This document shows positions 1 to 9,317 of a stretch of DNA of 32,000 bases, piece by piece (within the stretch, counting starts at the first letter, position 1; each line of letters begins with the position of its first letter). Position numbers and translations under genes: made by a program. Source of the DNA: Gemmata obscuriglobus (GTDB taxonomy: Bacteria > Planctomycetota > Planctomycetia > Gemmatales > Gemmataceae); assembly GCF_008065095.1 (NCBI RefSeq), contig NZ_CP042911.1, forward strand, positions 4,800,001 through 4,832,000, read 5' to 3'. The notes under the pieces are model-generated. The model made no database searches and had not been told where the DNA came from. It saw only the letters and a list, made by a program, of their open reading frames with translations.

Positions 1-1208
1 TTGGCGTATTTCTCTGTTAGGAACGCCTCGATCTTGGATGCAGTGGCCGGTTGAACGCGCGCCGCGTCACGCCCTTCTTTGCGACTCACCTCCGGTAACG
101 GACAGATGCCGTGGTCGGCGGTCATCACAAGAACGTACTTGCCCTTCCCCACTTTGGAATCGAGCGTGTCGAGTAGGCGCTTCATGATCCGGTCGGAGCG
201 AAGCGTCACATCAAGCACCTCTTGCGAATCCGGCCCCCATGCATGACCGACCGCGTCGTTTGACGAGAAACTGAGCGACAGCAGGTCGGGAACGTCGTCG
301 GCCCCCAGTTTCTCTGCGGTGACCGCGGTTTCAGCGAGTTCGAGCAGTAAATCGTTACCGAATGGCGACGTGTAGATTGCGTTCAGGTAAGCGGGTTTGG
401 TTTTCGGGTCGGCCGGCTCGAACGGGTGCGGAAACACACGCCCCTGCCCGGCAGCACCTTTACTCTCACCGCTCACGTCGTCGGGGCCGCTCAGTTTCGC
501 GTAGTCGAGGTCGGCCCGGAACCGGTCCCAGGTCTTGCCGCGCCACCGCTCGGCCGGCTTGATCTTGTTAAAGTCCGCAACCCACGGGTGAACGGCGTCG
601 CGATAAAATGTGGACGTGACGAACTGTCCGGTTCCACCGTCCATCCAATACACCGCGTCGGGCGATTTGCCGCCCGGCAGCGCCGCACCGCGGTTCTTGA
701 GCGAAAGCGCGACCACTTTACCCTTCCCAACGGTGCCGAGCTTAAGCGCGTCGGCAATCGTCGGCTTCAGGAGTCGATTGGGTGATACACCGCCCTTCGC
801 CCCCTTCTTCTCGTCCTCGTCGGTGCCGGCGAGTGTCCGCAATGGCACCTGTTCATGGCGCTCGGAACCAACGCAGTTGACCGACTTGCCCACGCCCCGA
901 TCGAACCAGTCGTTGCCAACGACCCCGTGCTCGGCCGGACCGCACCCGGTCGCGACCGACGAATGCCCCGCGGCGGTGACGGTGTACGCGTAGGGATAAT
1001 GGCAGTTATCGAACCAGGCCCCCTCGTCCGTAATTCGCTTGAATCCGCCCTCGCCAAACTGTGACTTCCAGCGGGCGAGGTAATCGCCCCGGAACTGATC
1101 GAAGTACACGAGTACGACGAGTCGCGGGGGGATGGGTTTGTCTGCCGCGTGGGCAGTGGGCGGTGGAACGAGCGCGGGGAGAGCAACGATGAGAAGGGAT
1201 CGCAGCAC
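1..1208 (-). CDS. alkaline-phosphatase superfamily protein (nucleotide pyrophosphatase/phosphodiesterase-like), secreted; 3' end lies beyond the window
   Basis: Absent from the ORF track because it runs off the left edge. My own minus-strand translation from GTG 1208 (GGAG about 8 nt upstream) gives a signal peptide VLRSLLIVALPALVPPPTAHAADKP. It continues ...VVLVYFDQFRGDYL...YTVTAAGHSSVATG...SFSSNDAVGHAWGPDS...VLVMTADHG. These are the nucleophile and metal-ligand motifs of the AP/NPP superfamily. The frame stays open to position 1. Confidence 0.7.
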   Translation of the reverse strand, partial: MLRSLLIVALPALVPPPTAHAADKPIPPRLVVLVYFDQFRGDYLARWKSQFGEGGFKRITDEGAWFDNCHYPYAYTVTAAGHSSVATGCGPAEHGVVGNDWFDRGVGKSVNCVGSERHEQVPLRTLAGTDEDEKKGAKGGVSPNRLLKPTIADALKLGTVGKGKVVALSLKNRGAALPGGKSPDAVYWMDGGTGQFVTSTFYRDAVHPWVADFNKIKPAERWRGKTWDRFRADLDYAKLSGPDDVSGESKGAAGQGRVFPHPFEPADPKTKPAYLNAIYTSPFGNDLLLELAETAVTAEKLGADDVPDLLSLSFSSNDAVGHAWGPDSQEVLDVTLRSDRIMKRLLDTLDSKVGKGKYVLVMTADHGICPLPEVSRKEGRDAARVQPATASKIEAFLTEKYA

Positions 1209-1675
1209 GCAATGATCTCCAAATAGGGCAGCATCTTCACATTACGACTCGACACCCGGCTCGGAACCGTCATCGCTCCAAGGGAACGCCGCGGCAGGGT
1301 CCGCGCCAAGTCGAACGAAAAGGAGGCGCGGCCGACCTCGGGAGCACACGCACCCATGTTACCCTGACGCCGGGTCATTTGAACGCGCATCAGTCGCGTT
1401 ATGCCCCATTTCCGACTACAGCACGCACGAAAGCCGCATCCGCCAGCCCGACATTCACACATCAAACCACACAGTGGTTGGCACGGCCGTCACGATCGCC
1501 TGCCAAGCCTCTCCTTCGGCCGCCTGAGTGATTTAGTTAGGAACCCTTAGAAAGCGCTTGCACGCAACTCCGGAGTGGGTATCCTCGTGTCGTCGCGGGC
1601 GATCGCACGCCTGCGTTGCGTTCTGTCAAAAGTAGCCACTCTCCTTTTCGGTCATCATCCTGCTGTGAGGCCCTT

Positions 1676-2146
1676 ATGTCCCGGTCCCCCTCTCCGGACC
1701 AGTTAACGCGCCACACCTGGCCACGGTGGGCGTTGGCGGCGTTTGCTCTCGTTGCTCTCGCGGGCTGTTCGAGCGATTCCGTTCAGACGACCGCGAACCC
1801 GACAGAAGAGCGCCTTCGCGCGATCGGCACCGCTTACGGGCGGGCGTCGGACGGGCTCAAACGCCCGCCCCGGAGCGCGGAGGAACTCAAGCGGTTCCTG
1901 CCGGACGTGCCCGGGACCGATCCGGCCAGCGTTCTGGTGTCCCCGAACGACCAGAAGCCGTTCGTAATTGTGGCCGGCGTGAACGTGCGCGAGCTCGGGG
2001 CATCGGACGCGGTCAATGTGCTTGCCTACGAGCAGGTCGGCTCGGGCGGCACGCGGTACGTTGTCGATTCACGGCTCAGCGTGCGTCCGTTTTCCGCGTC
2101 CGAGTTCGAGAAGCTCCGTTTTCCCGCGGATCACAAAAAGCCGTGA
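1676..2146 (+). CDS. hypothetical lipoprotein
   Basis: ATG 1676 lies inside ORF 1616..2146. WALAAFALVALAGCSS is a signal peptide with an LAGC lipobox. The gene sits directly upstream of a DUF1559 gene, a common planctomycete pairing. Confidence 0.6.
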   Translation: MSRSPSPDQLTRHTWPRWALAAFALVALAGCSSDSVQTTANPTEERLRAIGTAYGRASDGLKRPPRSAEELKRFLPDVPGTDPASVLVSPNDQKPFVIVAGVNVRELGASDAVNVLAYEQVGSGGTRYVVDSRLSVRPFSASEFEKLRFPADHKKP

Positions 2147-2207
2147 CGCGTTCGCGCCGCGGCCGGATCGTGTCTCACTCCTTCCGTTACTTTGCCGGAG
2201 GTCGTAC

Positions 2208-3092
2208 GTGTTCTCCCACCCTCTCTCCGCCCGCCGCGCCGGTCGGCGCGGGTTCACGCTGATTGAACTGCTCGTGGTGATCGCGATTATTGCGATCCTG
2301 ATCGGGCTCTTGCTGCCCGCCGTCCAAAAGGTCCGCGAGGCCGCCGCACGAATGTCGTGCGCCAACAACCTCAAGCAGCTCGCGCTCGCGTGCCACAACC
2401 ACCACGACACCCTCGGGTACTTCCCCCAGGGCGGCGACCGGTATTACTCCGCGCGTCTGGGGAGTAACGGGAGCTACGCCACCGCCAGCGCCACACAGGC
2501 GACGAGCCAAACGTGGGGGTGGGGCTACCAGATCCTGCCGTACATCGAGCAGGACAACCTGTGGCGGAACGCGACCGACGCCACCGTCAAGGGCACGGCG
2601 TTGAAGATGTTCTCTTGCCCGTCCCGGCGGGCGCCGACCATTTACAACGGCGGGATGCTCAGCGATTACGTGGCCAACGGCGGAACGACCGGCGAGAACG
2701 TCGAACCGCACAACGGCGTGGTCGTTCGGTTCAACGCCGGCGTCATCCAGCTTCAGACAATCGCCGACGGAACGTCCAACACGATCGTCTTTGCCGAGAA
2801 GTTCGTGTCCAAGGACGTATACACGGGCGGGATGTGGGGGGACAACACCGGCTACTACTCGGGGTGGGGTTGGGACTCGGTCCGGTTCCTGACCAACCCA
2901 CCCGCTCAAGATATCGTCACGACCGATTGGGGCAGTTACGGGCACCGGTACGGCTCGGCGCATTCGAGCGGCTTCCAAAGCGCGTTCTGCGACGGCTCGG
3001 TTCGGAACGTGCGCTACGGGGTGACCACTAGCGCGCTCCAGGCGGCATGCAACCGCGCCGATGGTCAGGTCTTCAGCCTCAACGACCTGTAA
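2208..3092 (+). CDS. DUF1559 family protein with prepilin-type N-terminal cleavage/methylation domain
   Basis: GTG 2208 is preceded by GGAGG (2197-2201). The N-terminus RRGFTLIELLVVIAIIAILIGLLLPAVQKVREAA is followed by SCANNLKQLALACHNHHD. The C-terminal motif is HSSGFQSAFCDGSVR. This is the hallmark of the large planctomycete DUF1559 family. Confidence 0.85.
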   Translation: MFSHPLSARRAGRRGFTLIELLVVIAIIAILIGLLLPAVQKVREAAARMSCANNLKQLALACHNHHDTLGYFPQGGDRYYSARLGSNGSYATASATQATSQTWGWGYQILPYIEQDNLWRNATDATVKGTALKMFSCPSRRAPTIYNGGMLSDYVANGGTTGENVEPHNGVVVRFNAGVIQLQTIADGTSNTIVFAEKFVSKDVYTGGMWGDNTGYYSGWGWDSVRFLTNPPAQDIVTTDWGSYGHRYGSAHSSGFQSAFCDGSVRNVRYGVTTSALQAACNRADGQVFSLNDL

Positions 3093-3513
3093 GTGGCGAC
3101 GCCCGACGCGCGACCCACTTGTGTTTAAACGAGTGGGCAAGGGACGTATTCGCCCGTTCAGCGTGAGTCGGGTTTAACCTCGGACCGTTCCGCGCAATGC
3201 TTCGGAGGGCGCATGACGGCGCTCGCCGTGAAACGCGGAACGCGTCCGTGAGCCCTGACGCGAAAGTCGGAATCGGCATTCGCGCGGCGCCCCGCATCGG
3301 GTATAATGTCCTCACGCGGACAACCAGTCCGCCCGTCAGGAGATGATGCTTTATCGTTCCGCTCGCGCCAGCTCATCTTGGATTGCCCGCCCTGTGCCGT
3401 CCACTCACAGCACCCAGGACTGCTCCGCCGCAACGCGGCTCCTGACCCGGTCACGGCTGCTCCAGCCGTGCGCCGTCCGTTTCCCGGGCCGAAAGCCCAG
3501 AAGAGAGTGCGTT

Positions 3514-3816
3514 TTGAAGAAGCTCTACGTTGGTAACCTGCCGTTCAACGCAACCGCCGACGAACTGCGCGAGATGTTCTCCGCGTTCGGCCGCGTGCTG
3601 AGCGCGACCATTTGCACGGACCGCGACACCGGTAACAGCCGCGGGTTCGCGTTCGTTGAACTGGCGGAGGGGGCCGACGAAGCGGTCCAGGGTCTGAACC
3701 AGGCCCAGTTCGGCGGCCGCAGCCTGACGGTGAACGAAGCCAAGCCCCGCGAGGGCGGCTCGTCCGGCGGATCGCGAAGCGGCGCCAGCCGCAACGGGTA
3801 CTCCCGCAGCTACTGA
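3514..3816 (+). CDS. RRM-type RNA-binding protein
   Basis: TTG 3514 gives MKKLYVGNLPFNATADELREMFSAFG...RGFAFVEL, with RNP2 LYVGNL and RNP1 RGFAFVE. A Gly/Ser/Arg-rich tail follows. The upstream part of ORF 3343..3816 is not protein-like. Confidence 0.85.
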   Translation: MKKLYVGNLPFNATADELREMFSAFGRVLSATICTDRDTGNSRGFAFVELAEGADEAVQGLNQAQFGGRSLTVNEAKPREGGSSGGSRSGASRNGYSRSY

Positions 3817-3838
3817 TCGCCCCTTCGGTAATGAAACC

Positions 3839-3880
3839 GCCGCAGCGCCCTGAGCAATGGGCGCCGCGGCAGTTGTTGTG
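3839..3880 (+). terminator. stem-loop downstream of the RRM gene (possible intrinsic terminator)
   Basis: GCCGCAGCGCCC (3839-3850) pairs with GGGCGCCGCGGC (3859-3870) at 11 of 12 positions. The loop is 8 nt. The stem is followed by AGTTGTTGTG. Confidence 0.4.
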
Positions 3881-3936
3881 AGAGCGCGTCACGCGACTCA
3901 GGGCTTCAGCCGCGTAAGGGACTCGGCAAAAAATAA

Positions 3937-5150
3937 CTATCCCAACGGAGGCAGTTCGTGGCCAGGGATGTCCACGAACCAATCGTTGAGATCCGGCAGC
4001 CGATGAACCTCGTCTTCGACCTGCGCCATTTCCTTTTTCGTCAAGCGGACGCCCTTCGGGTAGGCATCGGTCAGTACCTCAACGGTGGGATGCTTGCCGC
4101 CCCAGGTCATCGACCGGGCGAACCCGAGGACCGCTTCGCGGGTGTCTAACAGATCTCCGCCCCAGTGGTTCTCGAGTACCCCCCAGCAGTGCTCGATCGG
4201 GTTGTACTTGCTGTGGTAGGGCGGGTAATACGCCAGCCGCACGAGCCGCCTCCGCTGACGCGCCAAGGCCACCATCCTCTTGAGGAACTGGGTTCGCCGG
4301 CCTTTGTTCTCCGGCCCGTTGTCTTGGTTGATGACCAGTGTCCGGACCCGCGGGAAGCGCGGCTGGTGCTGTACCCACCAGCGGTCCAGGATGTCCACGA
4401 TGAAATCGCTCGTCACCCGCGACGTCGTGAAGTACAGCCACAGGTCGCTGTCACGCGGCAGCAACAGCCCGTAGGGTGTCAGGACCTCTTCGGCCCGGAA
4501 GTCGTGGTCCGCGGCCTTCGTTCGTACTCGGTTCTTGCCCTTGCGCGAGTACGCCCCCACCTGAACACCGGCTTTCGCGTCCAGCGACAGCCGCAGCGTG
4601 TCGGCACTAGCGTCGGCCTGCGGGTTGATCTCCTTCAGCCGTGCGAAGATGGCATCGGTCTGGGGGATCTTTTTTTGGGCACGCACTTGAGAACCTTGGT
4701 CGGGTGGAACCCGAGGTCGTTGAGCTTGGTGCGGAGGGTTCGCGCCTGGGGCAACTGGTCCGCGCGGTACCCCTTCGTGGCGACCAGCTGACGCCGCACT
4801 TCTTCGGCCGTCAGCCGGGTATACAGGCGCAGGGTGCGGAACCGCGGGTCCGCCTGGCTCTGGCTGGTGACGAGGTCCCGGATGTCGGCCAGCAGGTCGG
4901 GCAATCGGTCCTCGGCACGGTGCCGGCCTCGCGCCGAGAACGCGTCGCGGGCCACGACGCCCGAGTTCAGTTCCCGCATGCCCTTGCGGATGGTGACCCG
5001 GTTCCACCCGAACGCCTCTTCGGCTCGGCGTTGACCGCCGGGACCCAACGCACGCACCACCCGGGCCATGAACAACCGTCGTTGCGCCCCGCGCAGATCG
5101 TTCGCCGCCTCGATCAACGCGGGCGTGAGTGTCTCGCCGAACGGAATCAC
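3937..5150 (-). CDS. ISAzo13-family DDE transposase, encoded in two overlapping frames (-1 shift at an A7 run)
   Basis: The N-terminal frame is 4635..5150 (MIPFGETLTPALIEAANDLRGAQRRLF...KVLKCVPKK). The C-terminal frame ends at 3937 (KKIPQTDAIFARLKEINPQ...LVINQDNGPENKGRRTQF...YYPPYHSKYNPIEHCWG). The two frames overlap at CCCAAAAAAAGATC (minus strand, 4670-4676). Confidence 0.8.
4670..4676 (-). promoter_or_regulatory. A7 slippery run joining the two transposase frames (programmed -1 frameshift, transcriptional slippage, or an inactivating indel)
   Basis: The 0-frame reads GTG CCC AAA AAA AGA. The -1 frame reads CAA AAA AAG ATC CCC CAG and continues the conserved transposase body. Confidence 0.45.
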
Positions 5151-5320
5151 AGCGACCTCCTGCGGGTACCACCGAGAAGGTCATCCTACGATACGAGAAT
5201 TGGGATAGTTATTTTTTGCCGAGTCCCTAAGCTCGACTGATGCCGATTCTGGGGCCGTCCGTGGTGAGGTAACATGAGGGTTGCTGAAGCTCCCATGGCC
5301 CTCGCCCACGGACGGCTGCC

Positions 5321-5817
5321 ATGATTCTACCACCCGAGGCGCACGACCTGGTGCAGGTTCTGGCGCTGCATTTCACCAACCCCACATACCAACGGTTCTC
5401 GACGCTCCTGGTCGGGGCCCTGGTCACGACCGGGCGACGGACCGTGGCCAACCTGTTGCGCACGCTCCGGCACCTGACACCGGGGCACCGGACCGATTAC
5501 CAACGGGTGCTCTCACGCGCGCCGTGGTCCGGGCTCGCGGTTGGGTGCGCCGTGATGCGGTTCCTGCTGGACCACGTGGTCCCTGCGGGCCCCGTGATGC
5601 TGGTCGGCGACGACACGGTCGATGGGCACCCGGGTCGGTGCGTGTACGGCAAGGCCCGGCACCGCGACCACGTACGATCGTCCCACGCCTACACCGCGTG
5701 GCGGTACGGGCACAAGTGGGTGGTGCTCGCCGTGCTCGTCAAGTTCCCGTTCGCCACCCGCCCGTGGGCGCTGCCCATTCTCATCGACCTGTACCGGTCT
5801 CAAGAAGACGACCGTAA
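5321..5817 (+). pseudogene. IS701-like transposase, N-terminal fragment
   Basis: The fragment reads ...MLVGDDTVDGHPG...WRYGHKWVVLAVLVKFPFATRPWALPILIDLYRSQEDDRK. It is interrupted by the IS5-family element. Confidence 0.7.
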
Positions 5818-6706
5818 GTGACTGTCCCATATGTGAGATTTATGCCACCGTGTGGTATTGAAACTCGGCGTCGCCCCCTTTCGGCTCAAGCCGGTTGAGC
5901 ATCAGGTGGATCATGGCCAACTTGACGAACGCCTCCGACGACCGCACCGTCTTCTCCCGGTCCTTGGACAACCGCCGGCACGTCCCCAGCCAGGCGAACG
6001 TCCGCTCCACCGTCCACCGCCGCGGTAACTTCACCCACCCCTTGGCCCCGTCCGGGCGGCGGACGATGACCAGCTCCCACCGGGCGTTCGTCTCGACCCA
6101 CTCGTACAGGGCGTAGTTGTGGTACTTGCGGTCGGCGAACACCCGGCGCACCTTCCCCATCGGTTGCTCGTCCAGCCGGCCGAACAGTTCGGCCGCCGCC
6201 TTGGCATCATCGACGCTCGCGGCCGTCACCAGCACGGCCAGCAGCAACCCCATGGAATCCACGAGGATGTGCCGCTTCCGCCCGTCCACGTTCTTGGCGT
6301 TGTCCCGGCCCCGCTCCTCGCCGCCGGAGGTCGTGTCCACCGACTGGCTATCCACGCTCGCGGTCGTCCGGGGCGAGTACGGCCTCTCGGCGGTGCGGAC
6401 CTTTTTGCGGAGAAGGTCATGGATCGTGTCGCGGGTGCCGTTGTGTCGCCACTCGTCGAAGTACCGCCCGACCGTGGACTTGGGCGGGAAGTCCTTGGGC
6501 CGGTACCGCCACTGGCAACCGGTCCGCAGCACGTAGAAGACCGCGTCGGTGACGTCCCGCAGGGCGGTGGTGCGGGGACGGCCGCCGGGGTACACGGGGA
6601 TGTGTGGCTCGATGAGCCCCCACTGCTCGTCGGTCACGTCGCTCGGGTAGGATTGGGTTCGCATGGACCATTCTACCCACCCAACCGCCACATATGGGAC
6701 AGTCAC
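5818..6706 (-). mobile_element. IS5-family insertion sequence (about 0.89 kb) nested in the IS701-like element
   Basis: Terminal inverted repeats GTGACTGTCCCATATGTG (5818-5835) and CACATATGGGACAGTCAC (6689-6706). It is flanked by TAA (5815-5817) and TTA (6707-6709). Removing 5818-6709 restores the host frame. Confidence 0.85.
5840..6664 (-). CDS. IS5-family DDE transposase
   Basis: ATG 6664 gives MRTQSYPSDVTDEQWGLIEPHIPVYPGGRPRTT...TGCQWRY...VDSQSV...HILVDSMGLL...ADRKYHNY...RWTVERTFAWL. This is the typical IS5 DDE_Tnp_1 layout. The track start at 6706 would lie inside the IR. Confidence 0.9.
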   Translation of the reverse strand: MRTQSYPSDVTDEQWGLIEPHIPVYPGGRPRTTALRDVTDAVFYVLRTGCQWRYRPKDFPPKSTVGRYFDEWRHNGTRDTIHDLLRKKVRTAERPYSPRTTASVDSQSVDTTSGGEERGRDNAKNVDGRKRHILVDSMGLLLAVLVTAASVDDAKAAAELFGRLDEQPMGKVRRVFADRKYHNYALYEWVETNARWELVIVRRPDGAKGWVKLPRRWTVERTFAWLGTCRRLSKDREKTVRSSEAFVKLAMIHLMLNRLEPKGGDAEFQYHTVA

Positions 6707-6709
6707 TTA

Positions 6710-7096
6710 GCGGAACCGGCCGCACCGGACACCGGCGCGGATCATGTGCGTGCTCGTGCGGGCCCTGCTGATCCGATTCCCGAACCGCACGTTCGTATTG
6801 GCCGGGGATGCCGGGTACGGGACCCATGAGGTCGCCCGGTTCGCCCAGCGTCACCGGGACCGACTCACCCTGGTGAGCAAGTTGCACCCCAAGGCCAACC
6901 TGTTCGAGCCCCCGCCCCCGTACTCGGGCCACGGCCGGCCTCGGGTCAAGGGCGCGCCCGTGCCCAAGCCGCGTCAGGTGGTCGATGCGGCCCCGGCGTT
7001 GGCCCCGTTGAAGGTGGGATGGTACGGGGGCGGCCAGAGGCAGGTCGATACGCTCACCGGAACCGGGCACTGGTATAAAGCGGGTCACGGCCTGGT
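6710..7096 (+). pseudogene. IS701-like transposase, middle fragment
   Basis: The fragment reads RNRPHRTPARIMCVLVRALLIRFPNRTFVLAGDAGYGTHEVARFA...TGHWYKAGHGLV. It ends at the insertion of the second IS701-like element. Confidence 0.7.
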
Positions 7097-8572
7097 CTGT
7101 ACTTTCCGCGAATTTGTAGGTCGGGAGGTGATGGTGGGTTCGGAGTAGACGAGTGCCGGCCCGTCCGGGAGGATGGCGTTACCACACGACCAGCCACCCC
7201 GAACGGACACGGCCATGCCATCTGCGCATACTCCGTCCCCGCGTTGCCACTGGTTTTCGGTTCTGGCCGGGGCACTGGATCGGCGCTCGGGTCGGCGGTT
7301 GGCGGCCCTGTTCCTGGGTGTGCTGCTGGCCCGCGGGCGGCACGCCCTGAGTTGCTGGATTCGGGCGGCCGGATTATCGTCCCAATACCGCCGCTGTTAC
7401 CCCACCGCGGCCGCGGTCGGGCGCCGGGTCGAGCGCATCGCGACCCGGTTGTTGGTCGAGATCCTCAAGCCCCTGGTGACCGGGCCGCGGGTGGTGCTGG
7501 CGTTGGACGACACACCGACCGCCCGGTACGGACCGAAGGTACAAGGGGCCGGGGTGCATCACAACCCGACACCCGGGCCGGCCGGGAGCGCATTCGTGTA
7601 CGGGCACGTGTGGGTGGTGCTCGGGTTGCTGGTGGCGCATCCACTGGGTGGGGTCGTGGCTCTGCCCCTGTTGGCCCGGTTGTACATCCGGAAGGCGAAC
7701 CTGGGCGCGGTGCGGGCGACCGATCGGCCCCGGTTCGCCACCAAGCTGGCGATGGCCGTTGACCTGGTGCGGTGGGCGCACGGATGGCTGAAGATGTGGG
7801 GCATGGCGGTGTGGGTGGTGGCCGACGGGGCGTACGCCCAGGGGCCGGTGCTGAAGCCGCTGCGGAAGCTCGGGGTGACGGTGGTGAGCCGGCTCCGCCG
7901 GGATGCGGCCCTGTGCTCGTTACCGCCCGCGCGGGAGCCCGGGCTGCGCGGGCGCCCGCGGGTGTACGGAACGGCACGGATCTCGTTGGCCAAGCGGGCC
8001 GGGCACAACGGCGGGTGGAGCACCGGCACGTTCACCGTGTATGGGAAGACCGTCGAGAAGCGGTACAAGACGTTCGTGGCCACCTGGCGCCCGGCCGGTG
8101 GGGCGATCCGGGTGGTGCTGGTGGACGAGCCCCACGGATGGGTCGCGTTCTTCAGCACCGACCCGGGCGCGACGGTGACCGACATCTTGGAACGGGTGGC
8201 CGACCGGTTCACCCTGGAGACGTGCTTCCGGGATCTCAAACAAGTCGCCGGGACGGGCCAGCAACAGGTGCGCGGGGTGCCGTCGAACGTCGGGTGCTTC
8301 CACCTGTGTGCATGGGCGCACACCCTGACCGAGGTGTGGGCCTGGGCTCGGAACGCGGACGAGTTGGTGGGGCACCGGTCCGCGTCCCCGTGGGACGATC
8401 CGAGCCGGCGCCCGAGTCACGCGGACAAGCGCCGGGCCTGGCAACACGAGCTGTTGGCCGAGGAGATTCGGGCCGTTGTGGGCGAGCACCACGACCACAC
8501 GAAAATCCGCGACCTCGCCTACCGGTGCTTGGACTTGGCCGCGTGAGCACGGCTGATTCGCGGAAAGTACAG
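7097..8572 (+). mobile_element. second IS701-like (IS4 superfamily) insertion sequence, 1476 bp, nested
   Basis: 17-bp inverted repeats CTGTACTTTCCGCGAAT (7097-7113) and ATTCGCGGAAAGTACAG (8556-8572). It is flanked by a 6-bp direct repeat CCTGGT (7091-7096 and 8573-8578). Confidence 0.8.
7173..8546 (+). CDS. IS701-like DDE transposase (apparently intact)
   Basis: A 457-aa ORF. Candidate DDE residues lie in VVLALDDTPT, VWVVADGAYA and RFTLETCFRDLKQ. An alternative start is ATG 7215. Confidence 0.85.
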   Translation: MALPHDQPPRTDTAMPSAHTPSPRCHWFSVLAGALDRRSGRRLAALFLGVLLARGRHALSCWIRAAGLSSQYRRCYPTAAAVGRRVERIATRLLVEILKPLVTGPRVVLALDDTPTARYGPKVQGAGVHHNPTPGPAGSAFVYGHVWVVLGLLVAHPLGGVVALPLLARLYIRKANLGAVRATDRPRFATKLAMAVDLVRWAHGWLKMWGMAVWVVADGAYAQGPVLKPLRKLGVTVVSRLRRDAALCSLPPAREPGLRGRPRVYGTARISLAKRAGHNGGWSTGTFTVYGKTVEKRYKTFVATWRPAGGAIRVVLVDEPHGWVAFFSTDPGATVTDILERVADRFTLETCFRDLKQVAGTGQQQVRGVPSNVGCFHLCAWAHTLTEVWAWARNADELVGHRSASPWDDPSRRPSHADKRRAWQHELLAEEIRAVVGEHHDHTKIRDLAYRCLDLAA

Positions 8573-8578
8573 CCTGGT

Positions 8579-9032
8579 GCCGATCCGCTGGGTATTCGTC
8601 CGGGACACGACGGGCACACACCGGGACGAGTACTTCTTCACCACGGACCTCGGCCTGACCGTGTCGGCGGTCATCGCGATCTACTGCGGCCGTTGGAATA
8701 TTGAGACCACGTTCCAAGAGATGCGCGCGGAACTGGGCCTGGAGACGACCCGCGGGTGGCGCGAGAAGACCGTGTTGCGGGCGGCCCCGTGCCTGTTCGG
8801 GTTGTACACCGTGGTGGCCGTCCTGTTCCACACCCTGCCCGCATCGAAGCGAACCGGGGCCGTGGAATGGCCGGGCAAGACCGTCACAACCTTCTCCGAT
8901 GCGTTGGCGGCGGTCCGGCGGTGGCTCTGGGCCGAGGCACTTTTGCCACAGGCCGGGCAAACCATGGGTCTTGATAAACTCCCGGAGCCCGTACGCGAGC
9001 TCTTGCTTACCACGCTCGCACCCGCCGGATAA
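8579..9032 (+). pseudogene. IS701-like transposase, C-terminal fragment
   Basis: The fragment reads PIRWVFVRDTTGTHRDEYFFTTDLGLTVSAVIAIYCGRWNIETTFQEMRAELGLE. It joins ...GHGLV in frame once 7097-8578 is removed. Confidence 0.7.
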
Positions 9033-9317
9033 GCGTCACAGATTCGGCATCAGTCGAGCTAAGTGCATACGACGCGTGCAGTCCGGCCGTCGTCTCGAAA
9101 CCAGTCGGCGCCAGAATCGCGTCCGCCACCTCGGCCATCTTCGCCGTCGTCAACAAGCCCCGTGGAACGATCCGGCAGCAGTTATCGAGCCTACCGCAAG
9201 GGCGAGGCCAACGAGCCTTGTAGTCAACTCGGCCCGCTCAAGAACGCTTCGCCCGCGACATTACCACCCCGGCGATTTCAGCACGGTGGCTGCCGTGACG
9301 CGGGCAGTCGAGCGGGG

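Larger units (their letters stand above)
3917..5228 (-). mobile_element. ISAzo13-family insertion sequence (about 1312 bp)
   Basis: Perfect 28-bp terminal inverted repeats. AGGGACTCGGCAAAAAATAACTATCCCA lies at 3917-3944 and its reverse complement at 5201-5228. They enclose a transposase of Rhodopirellula/ISAzo13 type. Confidence 0.8.
5230..9060 (+). mobile_element. IS701-like (IS4 superfamily) element, about 1.46 kb originally, now split by two nested IS insertions
   Basis: 22-bp terminal inverted repeats with one mismatch. AGCTCGACTGATGCCGATTCTG lies at 5230-5251 and CAGATTCGGCATCAGTCGAGCT at 9039-9060. Three collinear transposase fragments join in frame once the inserts are removed. Confidence 0.7.

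Noticed and set aside
767-1465. 232-aa minus-strand ORF, plus other track ORFs within 362..1465.
   Set aside because: They are out of frame with the alkaline-phosphatase-family gene. I translated that gene by hand (frame open from 1208 to position 1) and it carries clear family motifs. The listed ORFs are alternative-frame artefacts.
2187-3140. 317-aa minus-strand ORF.
   Set aside because: It is antisense to the DUF1559 gene and has no motifs. It is a high-GC artefact.
7920-8960. 346-aa minus-strand ORF, and 7772..8704(+), across the nested IS elements.
   Set aside because: They overlap the intact IS701-like transposase in antisense or alternative frames. They also span an IS junction, so they cannot be native genes.
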